DNA from: Tubiluchus corallicola
Taxonomy: Eukaryota; Animalia; Priapulida
Assembly: GCA_030141605.1 (NCBI GenBank)
Contig: JAQGDQ010000276.1
Location: forward strand, 62,001 to 126,000
Length of the DNA: 64,000 nucleotides
Direction: 5' to 3'
Shown here: positions 62,801 through 64,000 of the stretch, piece after piece
Position numbering within the stretch: position 1 is the stretch's first letter
Layout: the number at the start of each line of letters is the position of its first letter
Made by a program: the position numbers and the translations under genes
The notes under the pieces: model-generated
Databases searched by the model: none
The model's input: only the letters and a program-made list of their open reading frames with translations
Told to the model about the DNA's origin: nothing

Positions 62801-64000
62801 ATAATGTGAGATTCAATGTTAGAAAAGTAGCCAGTACAGTGCTTCTACAGTTGTGATTAGGCCCACGTCACACAGAGAAAGAAATAAGGAGCAAGCTGTA
62901 ATTCATAATCCGTAAGCCACAAGTGTCTACCATCTTCCACAAGATGCATATCATAATTTGCGGATGCTCCTAGCTTTGTGCAAATAGAAAGGCGTTTCAT
63001 CATAATCCGTCTTTTGATACAGATCTGTTTTCTTACCTTGATATAGTCATTTTACCTGATTCGAGATGAGCCAAGGCACTGGATCCAGCTGATCCAGTTG
63101 TTTTAACAAGTAGGTTAGACCTATTTTCAGAACAGGCAATGTGGAGGGAAGTTTATTTCAAACAATGTTTAAGCAATTAAACAGAGATGCAAATGTGTCC
63201 AAAGAGCAAAAAAGTATAGATGAAAATAACAGATTTCTTTTCTAGTTTTTAAAAGTTTGTTTCATTTTCTACACTTGACAGGTGAATATAAATCATAATA
63301 GTCTGCACATACCCAGCTGCAATGTTAGTAATGTCATGTTTAAAAAAATTGCTTTTTAATGTTTTAATTTTTATTGATACTACCCGCATACATCCACATC
63401 CATCTGAATTTGCTAACTGTCCATATTTACCGATACTAAGCTGATACAGTAGCGCCGTGTATTAGACTCAATAATGTAGAATCAATAACCTAATTGTCTC
63501 AAAAACATCTAGTACGGGCTGCTCCTATGCAAAAATATATAAAAACTGTCGGCAACTGACTCAAATAACTCGGCATAATTGACTCTATATTTTTCTGCAC
63601 ATGCTTAAATAAGATACTTTTGTAGGACCAATGAGCTTTTACTATTTTTATGTCGTCTTGCTTCGCTTTTGTGCACTATAACATATGTAGAAATAGTCAC
63701 GTTAAAAACAGTTTGTATGAAAGCAAGGTTTATCATGTGCTAATAATTATGCTGGTCTAGCGATTTTGCCTTGAGTCTGTGTTATCTGCTCGTCCACTGC
63801 AATCAACCTCATTACCCAAGCATTTCTGAAAGCTAAACATTTACAGTGATACGAGTGCAAACTGTACTGTTTTGTCAATTAAGCTACTGTTAGAAGATTA
63901 AAGTTGTAACCACTTGTGCAACGATTTGCTTTTGAAACTCTTGCTGCTTTTCACAGAAAGCTTAATCAATTAACTGATGTAGATAATGTACAGTCATCTC

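Noticed and set aside
62855-63830. Possible minus-strand terminal exons of a neighbouring gene (e.g. after tttcag at about 63826: NAWVMRLIAVDEQITQTQGKIARPA*; short exon-like piece 63056-63120)
   Set aside because: Short frames with no recognisable homology and weak splice signals; needs RNA-seq or sequence beyond the window.

Overview
AT-rich, microsatellite-rich genomic DNA from a bilaterian invertebrate; a lophotrochozoan origin is an inference from the FoxD sequence and repeat content. Three protein-coding genes are supported, all on the + strand. (1) A complete nine-exon diaminopimelate decarboxylase (lysA/DAPDC) at 1677-7694, encoding 431 aa with eight GT-AG introns and all catalytic motifs intact; this is the last enzyme of a lysine pathway animals are normally said to lack. 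(2) A single-exon 89-aa precursor at 20451-20720 with a signal peptide, dibasic cleavage sites and a cationic 50-aa C-x3-C-x8-C-x-C peptide ending in Gly, which I cannot assign to a family. (3) An intronless FoxD transcription factor at 35126-36508 with forkhead domain, eh1 motif and an unusual four-fold repeated (D/E)LEKYR motif. FoxD lies in a gene desert of about 27 kb on each side with candidate enhancer blocks. The rest is mobile DNA: two recognisable 5'-truncated LINEs, several older LINE remnants, a solo-LTR-like element, MITE/foldback-like elements with 15-bp subrepeats, and long simple repeats. No tRNA, rRNA or CRISPR features were found.
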